A stretch of 60,694 nucleotides of DNA, the filler included. It is 9 parts of 9 records of this genome, joined end to end, with 100 filler letters (N's around TTAATTAATTAA, not from the genome) between each part and the next. Parts side by side here need not be neighbours in the genome. Positions count along the whole stretch, not along the records: positions 18,422 to 24,821 come from SRR31147125_72751; positions 24,922 to 30,820 come from SRR31147125_72802; 7 more parts are not named here. The stretch is one strand, 5' to 3'. Below the pieces are notes generated by a model. It was not told the DNA's origin. It saw only the letters and a list, made by a program, of their open reading frames with translations, and ran no database searches. Positions 21,246 to 30,375 of the stretch are shown here, in pieces (positions within the stretch are counted from its first letter, which is position 1; each line of letters starts with the position of its first letter). The position numbers were made by a program, and so were the translations under genes.

Positions 21246-22010
21246 TTACAAAATCCCTGCAGCACTATCTTTATCTAGGTATAAAACTGCGCGCTCTGCA
21301 AATCTCAAGGCACTAGCCGGACACTCAACACCAACATCCCCCAGCAGCATCCCACTTACAGCACCTGCCTTTCTTTTATCAGGAACCACACAATAATGAT
21401 AATCAGAAAGCAACAGCGCCGGAACAGTCAGAGTCAATGCATGAGTCGGCACTAGTTCAAATTGACTAAAACAACCATCATTAACCTGCTGCTGCCTGCA
21501 GACATTGTCTAGTTCTACAATCTTGACCAGCTGCTTGTCAGCAAAATCCGCAACAGGTGGATCATTAAACGCAATATGACCATTCTCACCAATTCCAAGT
21601 ATCGTGATGTCCGGTTTGTATTCACTCAATAGCTCAGCATAACGCTGGCATTCACCAGCATAATCAGCAACAGCTGAATTTATATAAAATACTTCCTTCA
21701 ATTGTACGTGGTCGAATAAATATCTCTTTAAAAAATTCCCGAACAATTTCGACGCATCACAAGAAAGTCCGATGTATTCATCCATATGAAAAGCAACAAT
21801 CCGTGACCAGTCAATAACACTACTCTCACGCAAACCTGTCAATACCTCAAGCTGAGATGGTGCTGCTGCAAAGACAATCGATACAAATTCCTTTTCAGCC
21901 AGTAGAGCAGTAATTCTCTGCTCAATGTCCTCTACTGCTTTCTCGCCCATTTCTGCACGACAGGCAAACACTTCAACCTTGAGTTTATCGAAAGAAATTT
22001 GTTTTAACAT
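21246..22010 (-). CDS. nagB: Glucosamine-6-phosphate deaminase family protein
   Basis: FAAAPSQ, FHMDEYIG, LGIGENGHIAFNDP, CPASALR. Confidence 0.8.
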   Translation of the reverse strand: MLKQISFDKLKVEVFACRAEMGEKAVEDIEQRITALLAEKEFVSIVFAAAPSQLEVLTGLRESSVIDWSRIVAFHMDEYIGLSCDASKLFGNFLKRYLFDHVQLKEVFYINSAVADYAGECQRYAELLSEYKPDITILGIGENGHIAFNDPPVADFADKQLVKIVELDNVCRQQQVNDGCFSQFELVPTHALTLTVPALLLSDYHYCVVPDKRKAGAVSGMLLGDVGVECPASALRFAERAVLYLDKDSAAGIL

Positions 22011-23159
22011 TTAATACTTCCCTTTGAATGAAGTAATCGTTGTGTCTTCAAATGCATCAACTGAATGAGTCTTTTCGTTAAAATGCGGAGCATTCGCAAC
22101 CTTACTCTCATGAGTATAGAAAACATTCTTCTCTGTAAGTGGCAGCTCAACAGTCTGCCCAGACGCAGCAGATTCATAAATAGCATTGATCAGCTCAATA
22201 GCATTACGACCATCCCCACCAGTAACAAGTGGTTGAGAATCATTCTCCAAGGCAGCAATGAAATCAGCAATCTGCCCGGTATGATGCTCATACTCCAGCT
22301 CAGCCAACCCTTCATAATCGGCTTTAACAGCCTCAAGCATCTCAACATTATCCAGTGGAAAGCCATTATCCCGTGACTTTGATGCGGTCACGGCAAATGG
22401 AATACTCACCCCTGCCTTCTCCATCTGAAAATTAAGCTTCGCCTCTTCTCCGTGATGCAAAAGAGAACAGGTCAATTGTACTGCAGAACCATCCTCGTAC
22501 CTGAGAATAGCAATAGAGAAGTCTTCCTCTTCTGAATTATCATGGGCAAGGTTATTCATATACGATGATACTGATACAGGCATACCTTTAGCCCAGAGCA
22601 GAAGATCTATATGATGCACAGCATGGTTGAGAGTACATCCGCCACCTTCGCTCTCCCATGTGCCTCTCCATGCCAGATCATAATATGAAGCCCCCCGCCA
22701 CCAGTATGAATTGACTGCACCGAAGAGAACGTTACCATACTTACCACTATGGAGTAATTGCATAACTTTTGAAATTGAGGACACAAATCTGCTCTGAGCA
22801 ACAACAGAAACAAGAGCCTTACTCTTCTCCTCTGCAGCAATTATTGCGTCACATTCATCGAGTGAAGCAGCCATTGGTTTTTCCAGCAAAACATGTATGT
22901 CGTTCTCAAGGCATGCAACAGCCATCTCTTTGTGTGTTGCAGGTGGTGTGCAGATTGCTGCAATATCTATACCCTGCAGGCATTCACGATAATCACTGTA
23001 CGACTGTGCTGGCAGAGAATACTTTGCTATAAGATCCTCAGCCCTTTTTGTATTTCGATTTACAACAGCAACAATCTCAACCTTGTCACTGAATTGTAAG
23101 AAACCTTCTATATGGGCAGGTGCAATACCTCCTGCCCCAATAATTGCAACTCTTAACAT
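22011..23159 (-). CDS. Gfo/Idh/MocA oxidoreductase
   Basis: VAIIGAGGIA, HVLLEKPMA, GGGCTLNHAVHHIDLL. Confidence 0.9.
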   Translation of the reverse strand: MLRVAIIGAGGIAPAHIEGFLQFSDKVEIVAVVNRNTKRAEDLIAKYSLPAQSYSDYRECLQGIDIAAICTPPATHKEMAVACLENDIHVLLEKPMAASLDECDAIIAAEEKSKALVSVVAQSRFVSSISKVMQLLHSGKYGNVLFGAVNSYWWRGASYYDLAWRGTWESEGGGCTLNHAVHHIDLLLWAKGMPVSVSSYMNNLAHDNSEEEDFSIAILRYEDGSAVQLTCSLLHHGEEAKLNFQMEKAGVSIPFAVTASKSRDNGFPLDNVEMLEAVKADYEGLAELEYEHHTGQIADFIAALENDSQPLVTGGDGRNAIELINAIYESAASGQTVELPLTEKNVFYTHESKVANAPHFNEKTHSVDAFEDTTITSFKGKY

Positions 23160-23191
23160 ATCATACCTTTTTAAATGACAACTATTAATCA

Positions 23192-24480
23192 CTATTTTCC
23201 ATATATCAGATTAGGAAGAAATAGTACAACATCAGGAATAAAGATAAGAATAATTACCATCAGTACCACAGCACCATAGAAAGGCAGAGTATCTCTTATA
23301 AACTCATCCAATGGCGCATCCAGAATTTGACAGACCGTATACAGAGCTGTACCTACAGGAGGAGTCATACACCCCATAGTCACAATAGTCATCATAAGGA
23401 TACCAAAGTGAACTGGATCAACACCAAGGTTTTTAATCACTGGCAAAAAGATAGGCGTCAACAACAGAATACTTACATTACTATCAATAAACATACCGGC
23501 AATAACCAGGAAGAGAACAATAATAATCAGCATCATGTGCTTATTGGTTGTAATAGCAACCAGCTCAGAACCAATAAGTCCCGGCACATTCTGCAGAGTA
23601 AGCGCATAGCCGAAGATACCTGAAAGAGCAATAATCAGAATAATAGCACCATTATCAATAAATGAGTCTTTGAGTGCTTCCTTGAATTTTGTCCAGGTCA
23701 ACTCTCTATAGATTACAGCGCCGACAAATATAGCATAGACAACCGCAAACGCACCAGCTTCAGAAGGAGTAAAGAAACCCATACGGATACCGACAATAAG
23801 AATCACAGGGAAAAGAAGCGCCCAAATAGAACGGTAAAGTTCATGCATGATTTCTTTGAAAGTTGGTGCTTTCACCTTCGGATCAGGCAGGTCATACCCT
23901 CTTCTTTTGAGGTTATATATACAGTACTCATCAGGAAACACATCATCATAAACCCGGGAATGATGCCAGCGACAAAGAGTTTACCAATGGAAACTTCACC
24001 AACAAATCCAAACAGAATAAGCCCAAGGCTTGGCGGAATAGTTGCTGTGATCAAAGAAGACAGACAGGTAATACCGGCAGTATAACCTCGGCCATATCCT
24101 TTGTTAATCATATTATGCCCAAGAACACGTGCCTGCATGGACGCATCAGCAACCGCTGAGCCGGAAACACCACCCATCATAGTACTAAGCACTACATTAA
24201 GCTGCGCCATACCACCGGTCATGGTTCTTGTAAGCACACTGGTAAAGCTGAGAAGTCTTGAGGTAATTCCTGTTTTATTCATCAGGTTACCAGCAAAGAT
24301 AAAGAAAGGTACAGCTAGAAAAGCAATCGACTGGGTCTGCGCCACCACTCTTTGAACTGTAATAGAATATGGGATCATATCTCCAGTCAAAAAGAATACA
24401 GCTCCGGCAATACCGATTACAAACCCGATTGGAACGTTTATAACCAGCAGCGCCACAAAAGTTATCAACAAATATGTCAT
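23192..24480 (-). CDS. dctM: TRAP transporter large permease (DctM), frameshift near 23905
   Basis: AVPFFIFAGNLM, GGVSGSAVAD, IPPS, FTPSEAG, GVDPVHFG, TPPVG. ORFs 23872-24480 and 23192-23941 join with one extra A. Confidence 0.9.
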
Positions 24481-24552
24481 AATATCATCTCAATACAATT
24501 TATAGACTAAAATAAACACCAGATAAGAAACACAAAATTTCATAATACAGTA

Positions 24553-24821
24553 CTACACATTCTGATCACGAAGTACTTCATAGTCATCTTCTTTAAAGTG
24601 CTTAATAATTTTTCCAATTTTAGTAAAAGCAGTAATAATCATCAGAGCTGAAGAAACAGGAAGTGATAGAGTTACATAAGAATAACTAAATCCTTTTAGA
24701 CTCTGAAAATGTCTGTCAAAACTTGAGATACTCAGTTTCAACCCATAAAACACAAATGATACCAATAAGGCAACAATCAAACCAAAAACTATCAACTGAA
24801 TAGCTTTTGCTGCCTTTCTCG
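24553..24821 (-). CDS. TRAP transporter small permease (DctQ), 5' truncated
   Basis: Two TM helices with SYVTLSLPV, directly upstream of dctM. Confidence 0.75.
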
Positions 24822-24921
24822 NNNNNNNNNNNNNNNNNNNNNNNNNNNNNNNNNNNNNNNNNNNNTTAATTAATTAANNNNNNNNNNNNNNNNNNNNNNN
24901 NNNNNNNNNNNNNNNNNNNNN

Positions 24922-25858
24922 AAGGATGCAAATAAATTATTGGGCGGGGGATTACGGAAATCCGGATGCAAGAGGCTTAGGCATTCATGTTCACAGCAAT
25001 GGATCATCACAAACAAAAGAAGTAAGTTTTTATTCTTCATTAATAAACAATTCATGGAGCGGAAAAGCATTCCAATGGAATTGGGGTGAAAATTCAGACG
25101 GCATTTTTCAATTAATGTATTTAAATAAGATATCATTCCCAGAGAATTATGGTGGATTTTATGGGAATGATACAAGTTTAGCTATTCCTGGACTACAAAT
25201 TAAAGATGAAAAATTTGAAATCAACATTGATTCTAATAATAACCAAGCAAGTGGACATGAAACTTTTAATATTTCCACGAGTGGAGTAACAAGACTGTTT
25301 ATGGATGAAGACTACTTATGGTTTTATGGTGATTTAAAAGCTGAAGGTGGAGATTTATGGGTGCAAACAACAGATGCAACTGATCCAAAATTAAATATAT
25401 TGAATAATAGCGGCGACACGATGGCATCTTTAACTTACGACATATCGGAATCTCAATTTGGAATATATCAGAATAGTGCTTGGCGCATGGTTATTAAAGA
25501 TGATGGCGATGTTGGCTTTGGGATCAGTAATCCTGCACGATCCCTTCAAGTTGCAGAAGATACAACAACAATTATTAATATCAAAGCAACAGGCGGTTCG
25601 CCATATGCAAGTAGAATAGAATTTGGGGATGATGCGGATTTAGACGTTGGTTATATTGAATATCAACATAGTTCCAATAAAATGACTTTTAGGACGAATG
25701 CAGTATCTGACCAAATGGTACTAAGTAGTTCTGGCGAACTTACTTTTAAAGGTGTATCAAATGATGGTACTGGAAAAGTCGTTTGCATAAAATCTGATGG
25801 CAATATAGGAACTTGTACTGATCAAATGAATGCAACAGGATACTGCACATGCACATAA
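24922..25858 (+). CDS. Beta-rich fibre/adhesin-like protein, 5' truncated
   Basis: Repeats like RMVIKDDGDVGFGISNP and QMVLSSSGEL resemble tail-fibre/adhesin segments; Cys-rich C-terminus VCIKSDGNIGTC...CTCT. Confidence 0.5.
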
Positions 25859-25869
25859 GGGTGATGTTT

Positions 25870-25956
25870 ATGAGTGTAATAAAAAAATTATTTCAAAAAT
25901 TAATGTATAAAATCAAATATCCATTAACTTGGGAAGCCTATGTCAAATCAAAATGA
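25870..25956 (+). CDS. 28-aa small ORF (MSVIKKLFQKLMYKIKYPLTWEAYVKSK), not in the ORF track
   Basis: GGTGAT ribosome-binding motif at 25860-25865; its stop overlaps the next ATG (ATGA). Confidence 0.5.
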   Translation: MSVIKKLFQKLMYKIKYPLTWEAYVKSK

Positions 25957-27881
25957 ATTTAAAAATCCTTGCATTGCTGCTTTTTGCGGTGATGCTCTGC
26001 GGAATTGCACACGCCGACTGGATGGATTCAGGCACGATATATAATGAAGCCCATAATATCACCATCAATGTAGACACAAACATCTCATTTTCCAGCCTAG
26101 CCGACAATTCTTCAGGGATATTCTTCACAAACCTTGCATATAACAGCTACTCGATTTCCAGCTACTCAACCACAACAGACAATTTGACTATAAACGCAAG
26201 CCAGCTTCACACGCTGCACATCCCGTCAATATCAAATGTCAGCTACAATTTGATTGACATGCTGTCCGGAAACGAGAGCTACATCGTCAATTTCACAGTC
26301 AGCGACCCGGATGGACTATCAGACATTGCATCATGCTGGATTGAGACAAATGCAGGGAATTTCACGGCGACATTGAACGGCAGCTTATGCAATGCCACAT
26401 TCTCAATCCCACAATCGAATTCGGTCTACCTGAAGCCGTGGGTTCAGGATAATTCCAATTATACAAGCTTAGATGCAGGGAACAACGGCGTAAGGGTGAT
26501 TGCAACAGGCGAATATTCATGGGACGATAGTAGGGTGTCAAACCTATCAAGACAATATTTCCTGCGGACATATAACCTGACAAATGACCTGCCTGATAAC
26601 CTGACAGACGTATCATGGACGCCTACGGGAAGCGGTCAAGTAATCACCTTCAACCTGACAATCGGCGAGAACCAGAACTCCGAAGCAACCTACTACGGCG
26701 ACCTGATAGATGAGGAAGGTTGGCAGAATAACGGCGACAATTACCCAATAAGTGATGTAATCGAGCGGACACAGTATTTCACGTTCAATAACACGCTTGA
26801 CGTGGATCTGCCGTCAATCAATGTGACAGTATCATTGCCTTACTATGATTCAGGGTTATTGACCGAGAGATGGAGCATCATCTATTGGGCGGACGAGAAC
26901 GAAAGAAATATCCTGAACACTACCGCCGAGACAGTGAGCATCCAGCTGGACTCGGTTTCAGCAGACGACTATGAATATTACAGGGTAACATACAACGCCG
27001 ACAGCCCGGTAAGAACTGAACAGGATACGACTGAAGAACTTATCGAAATCTATAAGCAGTACACTTACAGTGCTAATATCACGGTACAATACAACATGAG
27101 CGGGAAAACGCTATGGAACTACGTCGATGAATACCCTAAGCTTCCTGACTGGGATTCAAGGGTCTATGAAACGCTGGAAATCGTCAGCCCTGACAGCCTT
27201 GTGATATCAAGCTCATGGTCGCAATATAATACATCGAGAATTAAGCAGGTTTTCGAGGTCAATCAGACAGGCACATATCATATCACGCATACATGGAAAG
27301 TCCTTAGAGGCGAAATAGGAGGCGGCGGTGGTGGCGGCGGCGGAGGTTCCGTAGCAACAACCACGCAGGAAGAGGTTGAAGAGATCATCAAGACTTACCA
27401 GAACCTGAGCGGCAGTGAGATCACGACATCTGTCCCATCAAAAGAGTTCCTGGTACTCTACACACCCTCGGAATCATCCGATTATTTTTATATCAAGAAC
27501 ACAGGCGATGAACCTATTGAAGATGCTTTGATTTATCCAAGCTCAAACCTCAACGATTACATAAGGGCGGGCGTCTGCGACCTTGACGGCGAGAACTGTG
27601 ATACGACATTTGACCTTGAGGTTGGCGAATCCAAGCTTGTCATCCAGACATTGAACGCAATGGAAGATTTCGGTCAGAATCTCGACGGAACGCTCAATTT
27701 CAGGCTATCGAACGGCAGGATATATGAGTTTCAGGATTCATTGAACAGAGGACCGACTTATACAGTGACAAAGACTGTTCAGAAAACAGGCGCATCAGAC
27801 AAGGTTGCATTCTTTGTCGCCAATGGTCTCATCGTGCTGGCGATCATTGTCGTGTTCCTCATAGTATTAAGATTATCATGA
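25953..27881 (+). CDS. Secreted, C-terminally membrane-anchored, sequon-rich surface protein (archaeal style)
   Basis: Signal peptide MNLKILALLLFAVMLCGIAHA, about 24 N-X-S/T sequons by manual count, Gly10 linker (27318-27347), C-terminal TM helix. Confidence 0.75.
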   Translation: MNLKILALLLFAVMLCGIAHADWMDSGTIYNEAHNITINVDTNISFSSLADNSSGIFFTNLAYNSYSISSYSTTTDNLTINASQLHTLHIPSISNVSYNLIDMLSGNESYIVNFTVSDPDGLSDIASCWIETNAGNFTATLNGSLCNATFSIPQSNSVYLKPWVQDNSNYTSLDAGNNGVRVIATGEYSWDDSRVSNLSRQYFLRTYNLTNDLPDNLTDVSWTPTGSGQVITFNLTIGENQNSEATYYGDLIDEEGWQNNGDNYPISDVIERTQYFTFNNTLDVDLPSINVTVSLPYYDSGLLTERWSIIYWADENERNILNTTAETVSIQLDSVSADDYEYYRVTYNADSPVRTEQDTTEELIEIYKQYTYSANITVQYNMSGKTLWNYVDEYPKLPDWDSRVYETLEIVSPDSLVISSSWSQYNTSRIKQVFEVNQTGTYHITHTWKVLRGEIGGGGGGGGGGSVATTTQEEVEEIIKTYQNLSGSEITTSVPSKEFLVLYTPSESSDYFYIKNTGDEPIEDALIYPSSNLNDYIRAGVCDLDGENCDTTFDLEVGESKLVIQTLNAMEDFGQNLDGTLNFRLSNGRIYEFQDSLNRGPTYTVTKTVQKTGASDKVAFFVANGLIVLAIIVVFLIVLRLS

Positions 27882-27978
27882 CATCCTACTGATCCTGTCA
27901 CCTGTCTTTGCGGCGAATTCTATGCCCCAAAGGAATCAAACGCCGCTTTGCCTTTGGGGTGCACCTCCTTTATAGATT

Positions 27979-28011
27979 AAAGCCCCGGACAACCATTGTC
28001 TGGGGCTTTTT
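27979..28011. terminator. Bidirectional intrinsic terminator between convergent gene blocks
   Basis: AAAGCCCCGGACAA-CCA-TTGTCTGGGGCTTTTT. Confidence 0.8.
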
Positions 28012-28016
28012 CATTA

Positions 28017-28688
28017 TCAATCCGCAAGCTCGAACTTGTTACCGCACTTCAGGCATTTAGCTTCGAAATCGGCAATTGCAACACGCACGTTAGTGCCGCA
28101 TCCGCATGACCATTTCTTCAGCTTACTTTTGCCTTTCCGCTTCTTTTCAGGCTTCAGCGGTACAAACAATCCACCGGCACTGAAATTGATACCACCAGTC
28201 AGCTTGACTGCATGCTGGCGAAGCAGCCAGGCGAACCTGCCGTCAGTCACGATTCCGTAATGAGCGCCTTTCTCGTTGCAGAGGATGCCGAACGATTCCA
28301 GCTTCTGCCGGAACGTCTTGGTGTGATACCAGTTCTTGGTGCGCTGCTCTTTCGGCAGATAAGTGTATTCCCAGCTATGCACCATCTCATGCAGGAGCGT
28401 AGCCAGGATATCCCACAACGGACGGTTTAGGTGCAGCTTGTTCATGTTGATCTGCTCCCTGACAGCCCAATCATTCCTGCCGATACGGTAATGTCCGAGC
28501 GTCGTGACCCTTGCTTTCTCGAACGTGATGACGGGCATTGGTAATTTTTGATTTTTAAAAAATGTAATGTTAAACAAATCAATCCACCATCTTAATTCCC
28601 ATGCCAAAGAATTATATTTCCAATCTGTTGCTGCTAATTGGTGATCCATGATAATGGAATTAATATCATCAGAAATTATTCTTTTCAT
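28017..28688 (-). CDS. SprT-like zinc metalloprotease with C-terminal zinc ribbon
   Basis: TLLHEMVH (HExxH), YHTKTFRQK, WSCGC...CLKC; AAAGGAG RBS. Confidence 0.8.
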   Translation of the reverse strand: MKRIISDDINSIIMDHQLAATDWKYNSLAWELRWWIDLFNITFFKNQKLPMPVITFEKARVTTLGHYRIGRNDWAVREQINMNKLHLNRPLWDILATLLHEMVHSWEYTYLPKEQRTKNWYHTKTFRQKLESFGILCNEKGAHYGIVTDGRFAWLLRQHAVKLTGGINFSAGGLFVPLKPEKKRKGKSKLKKWSCGCGTNVRVAIADFEAKCLKCGNKFELAD

Positions 28689-28704
28689 TAAAATATCTCC
28701 TTTC

Positions 28705-28893
28705 CTAATATCCGCAAAGGGTGCAGATGATTCTTAGTTCTTTGCCGTTGTAGATGATGATGTTGTTTGCAAGGTTGTGATTGAAGGTGACGTGATGCCC
28801 GCAATCCAGACGGAACTTCCTGCCTTTGAGTTCTGTGATTGCTTGTCTTAGTGCGTCCGAACTTTCGTACTTATCTTGCTGTTCACGTGTCAT
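28705..28893 (-). CDS. Small putative zinc-binding hypothetical protein
   Basis: LDCGHH...ICTLC; AGGAGG RBS. Confidence 0.7.
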   Translation of the reverse strand: MTREQQDKYESSDALRQAITELKGRKFRLDCGHHVTFNHNLANNIIIYNGKELRIICTLCGY

Positions 28894-28918
28894 TTCCTGC
28901 CTCCTGTCGTATTGAACG

Positions 28919-28988
28919 AAAAAAGCCCCTGCGGGATGCAGAGGCTTAGTTTAAAAACAAAAAAAGCCCTGCGAATTTCGCAGAGCCT
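28919..28988 (-). terminator. Two tandem, related terminator-like hairpins
   Basis: Minus strand AGGCTCTGCGAAATTCGCAGGGCTTTTTTT and AGCCTCTGCATCCCGCAGGGGCTTTTTT. Confidence 0.7.
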
Positions 28989-29021
28989 CATCGATTGGAT
29001 CTATTGATTTTCAGATGCTGG

Positions 29022-29324
29022 TCAGTATTCCATGTATTCCCTCAGCAAACTGACGATAGCTTCCAGTTCAAGCTCTTCCAGGCACAATGATTTATCAACC
29101 TGCTCTTCCTGGAAGAATACATCACCGACCTTTTCAGAGCCGTCAAATGCTTCCATGCCGACGTAGGTCAGACCATAGTTCATCGACAGGACGTAGGTGA
29201 TGTCACCATCCCTGAACACGCTTATTTCATCGCAGTAGCCTGATCCTATTTTGTTGGTGTGCATGCCTTTGGAATCCTTGAACGTGATCTCCAGCGACGG
29301 ATTGAACCGTTGCGCCTTTATCAT
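29022..29324 (-). CDS. Hypothetical protein (about 100 aa)
   Basis: Co-oriented ORF in the small-gene module; start MIKAQRFNP inferred. Confidence 0.6.
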   Translation of the reverse strand: MIKAQRFNPSLEITFKDSKGMHTNKIGSGYCDEISVFRDGDITYVLSMNYGLTYVGMEAFDGSEKVGDVFFQEEQVDKSLCLEELELEAIVSLLREYMEY

Positions 29325-29392
29325 GTCTTCGACGGATTCTTTTGTATCCGGTAATCTGTTACCTGGTGCATTGATAAAGCCTTTCTTTGAGG

Positions 29393-29719
29393 TTAAACCC
29401 AACCGCATCCGGCGGCGATCTTCCAGACTTTGATTGCCTCTCTCGGCTTCCAGTACAGATCTGTATCGATATGGATTCCGTTGACAGTAATTTCACGAAG
29501 CTCAAAAAAGGAACAATATCCCCATTCTGCGTTCTGCAGATCACAGTTCAGGATAGCGTAACCCCAGAACATATCTTCGCCGTCGAACTCGCAGATGTAC
29601 CAGTCACAGCCGCCGATGAAGAAATGCATGTGGATGATCTTATCCTTCAGCGGGATCTCTTCTGTCTCGTAAAGTCTCGGCAATCTATCAAGCTGTTCCT
29701 TAGTTGGCGTGTTCCACAT
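29393..29719 (-). CDS. DUF2958-like protein
   Basis: MWNTPT...LPRLYETE...HFFIGGCDWYICEFDG...AEWGYCSFFEL; AAAGGAG RBS. Confidence 0.7.
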   Translation of the reverse strand: MWNTPTKEQLDRLPRLYETEEIPLKDKIIHMHFFIGGCDWYICEFDGEDMFWGYAILNCDLQNAEWGYCSFFELREITVNGIHIDTDLYWKPREAIKVWKIAAGCGWV

Positions 29720-29864
29720 GATGATCTCCTTTCTTGCTTGCTGAATTTTCAGGGTATTCAACAATGAAGCCCATGGCGTTGTAGAGGTGTTCCTTGCCCT
29801 TGATCCCGTAGTCTGCAAACACCCATTCACCTGCCTGCAGGTCAAACCTGTAAAGCCTAAGCAT
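29700..29864 (-). CDS. Small hypothetical protein (54 aa)
   Basis: MLRLYRFD...WVFADYG; AAAGGAG RBS; overlaps both neighbours. Confidence 0.55.
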   Translation of the reverse strand: MLRLYRFDLQAGEWVFADYGIKGKEHLYNAMGFIVEYPENSASKKGDHHVEHAN

Positions 29865-30084
29865 AATGCTTCTCCTTTTCTGCGTTCTCGATGATTCTGT
29901 CCTTGAGCTGTGCAATGGATCTATCCAGGAAACGGTTGAACCGTTTCTTTCTAAGCTCGCAATTTTCGCCTTTCTTTTGCTTGCTGCCGATGACGGCGGT
30001 CTCAAAAACAAGATGACATCTGACCTGCGGATTCAGCATTTTTTCTTTCAGAATCCGGTTCACTTTTGCTTGGATAATTCTCAT
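29857..30084 (-). CDS. Small basic hypothetical protein (75 aa)
   Basis: MRIIQAKVNR...; AAAGGAG RBS. Confidence 0.55.
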   Translation of the reverse strand: MRIIQAKVNRILKEKMLNPQVRCHLVFETAVIGSKQKKGENCELRKKRFNRFLDRSIAQLKDRIIENAEKEKHYA

Positions 30085-30375
30085 AGAAATGCTCCTTTCG
30101 ATTTTATGTTTCCAAGGTAGTAAACGAAAAAAGGGCGCAGGAATCGGCTCCCAGGCCCTCTTTTCAAGAAATACAGCTAACGCTAATGAATTGTAGGTTA
30201 TCGACGACAACTCATCGATAGTGGTACAGTTTTGGCTCCTTTCTCTAAGTGGCGTAATGCCACGTCATCAGCCGGTTTTTTTGGTTGTTATAAAGCCGGA
30301 ACGCACCTTTCCCTGAGTCAGCAAAGTGACGTAATCTGCATCCCAAGACTTTTTTTGTGAGTGTGATTTTTGAAA

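Noticed and set aside
27920-27964. 14-codon minus-strand ORF after AAGGAG, possible type I toxin
   Set aside because: The GTG abuts the RBS with no spacing, and the peptide is not hydrophobic.
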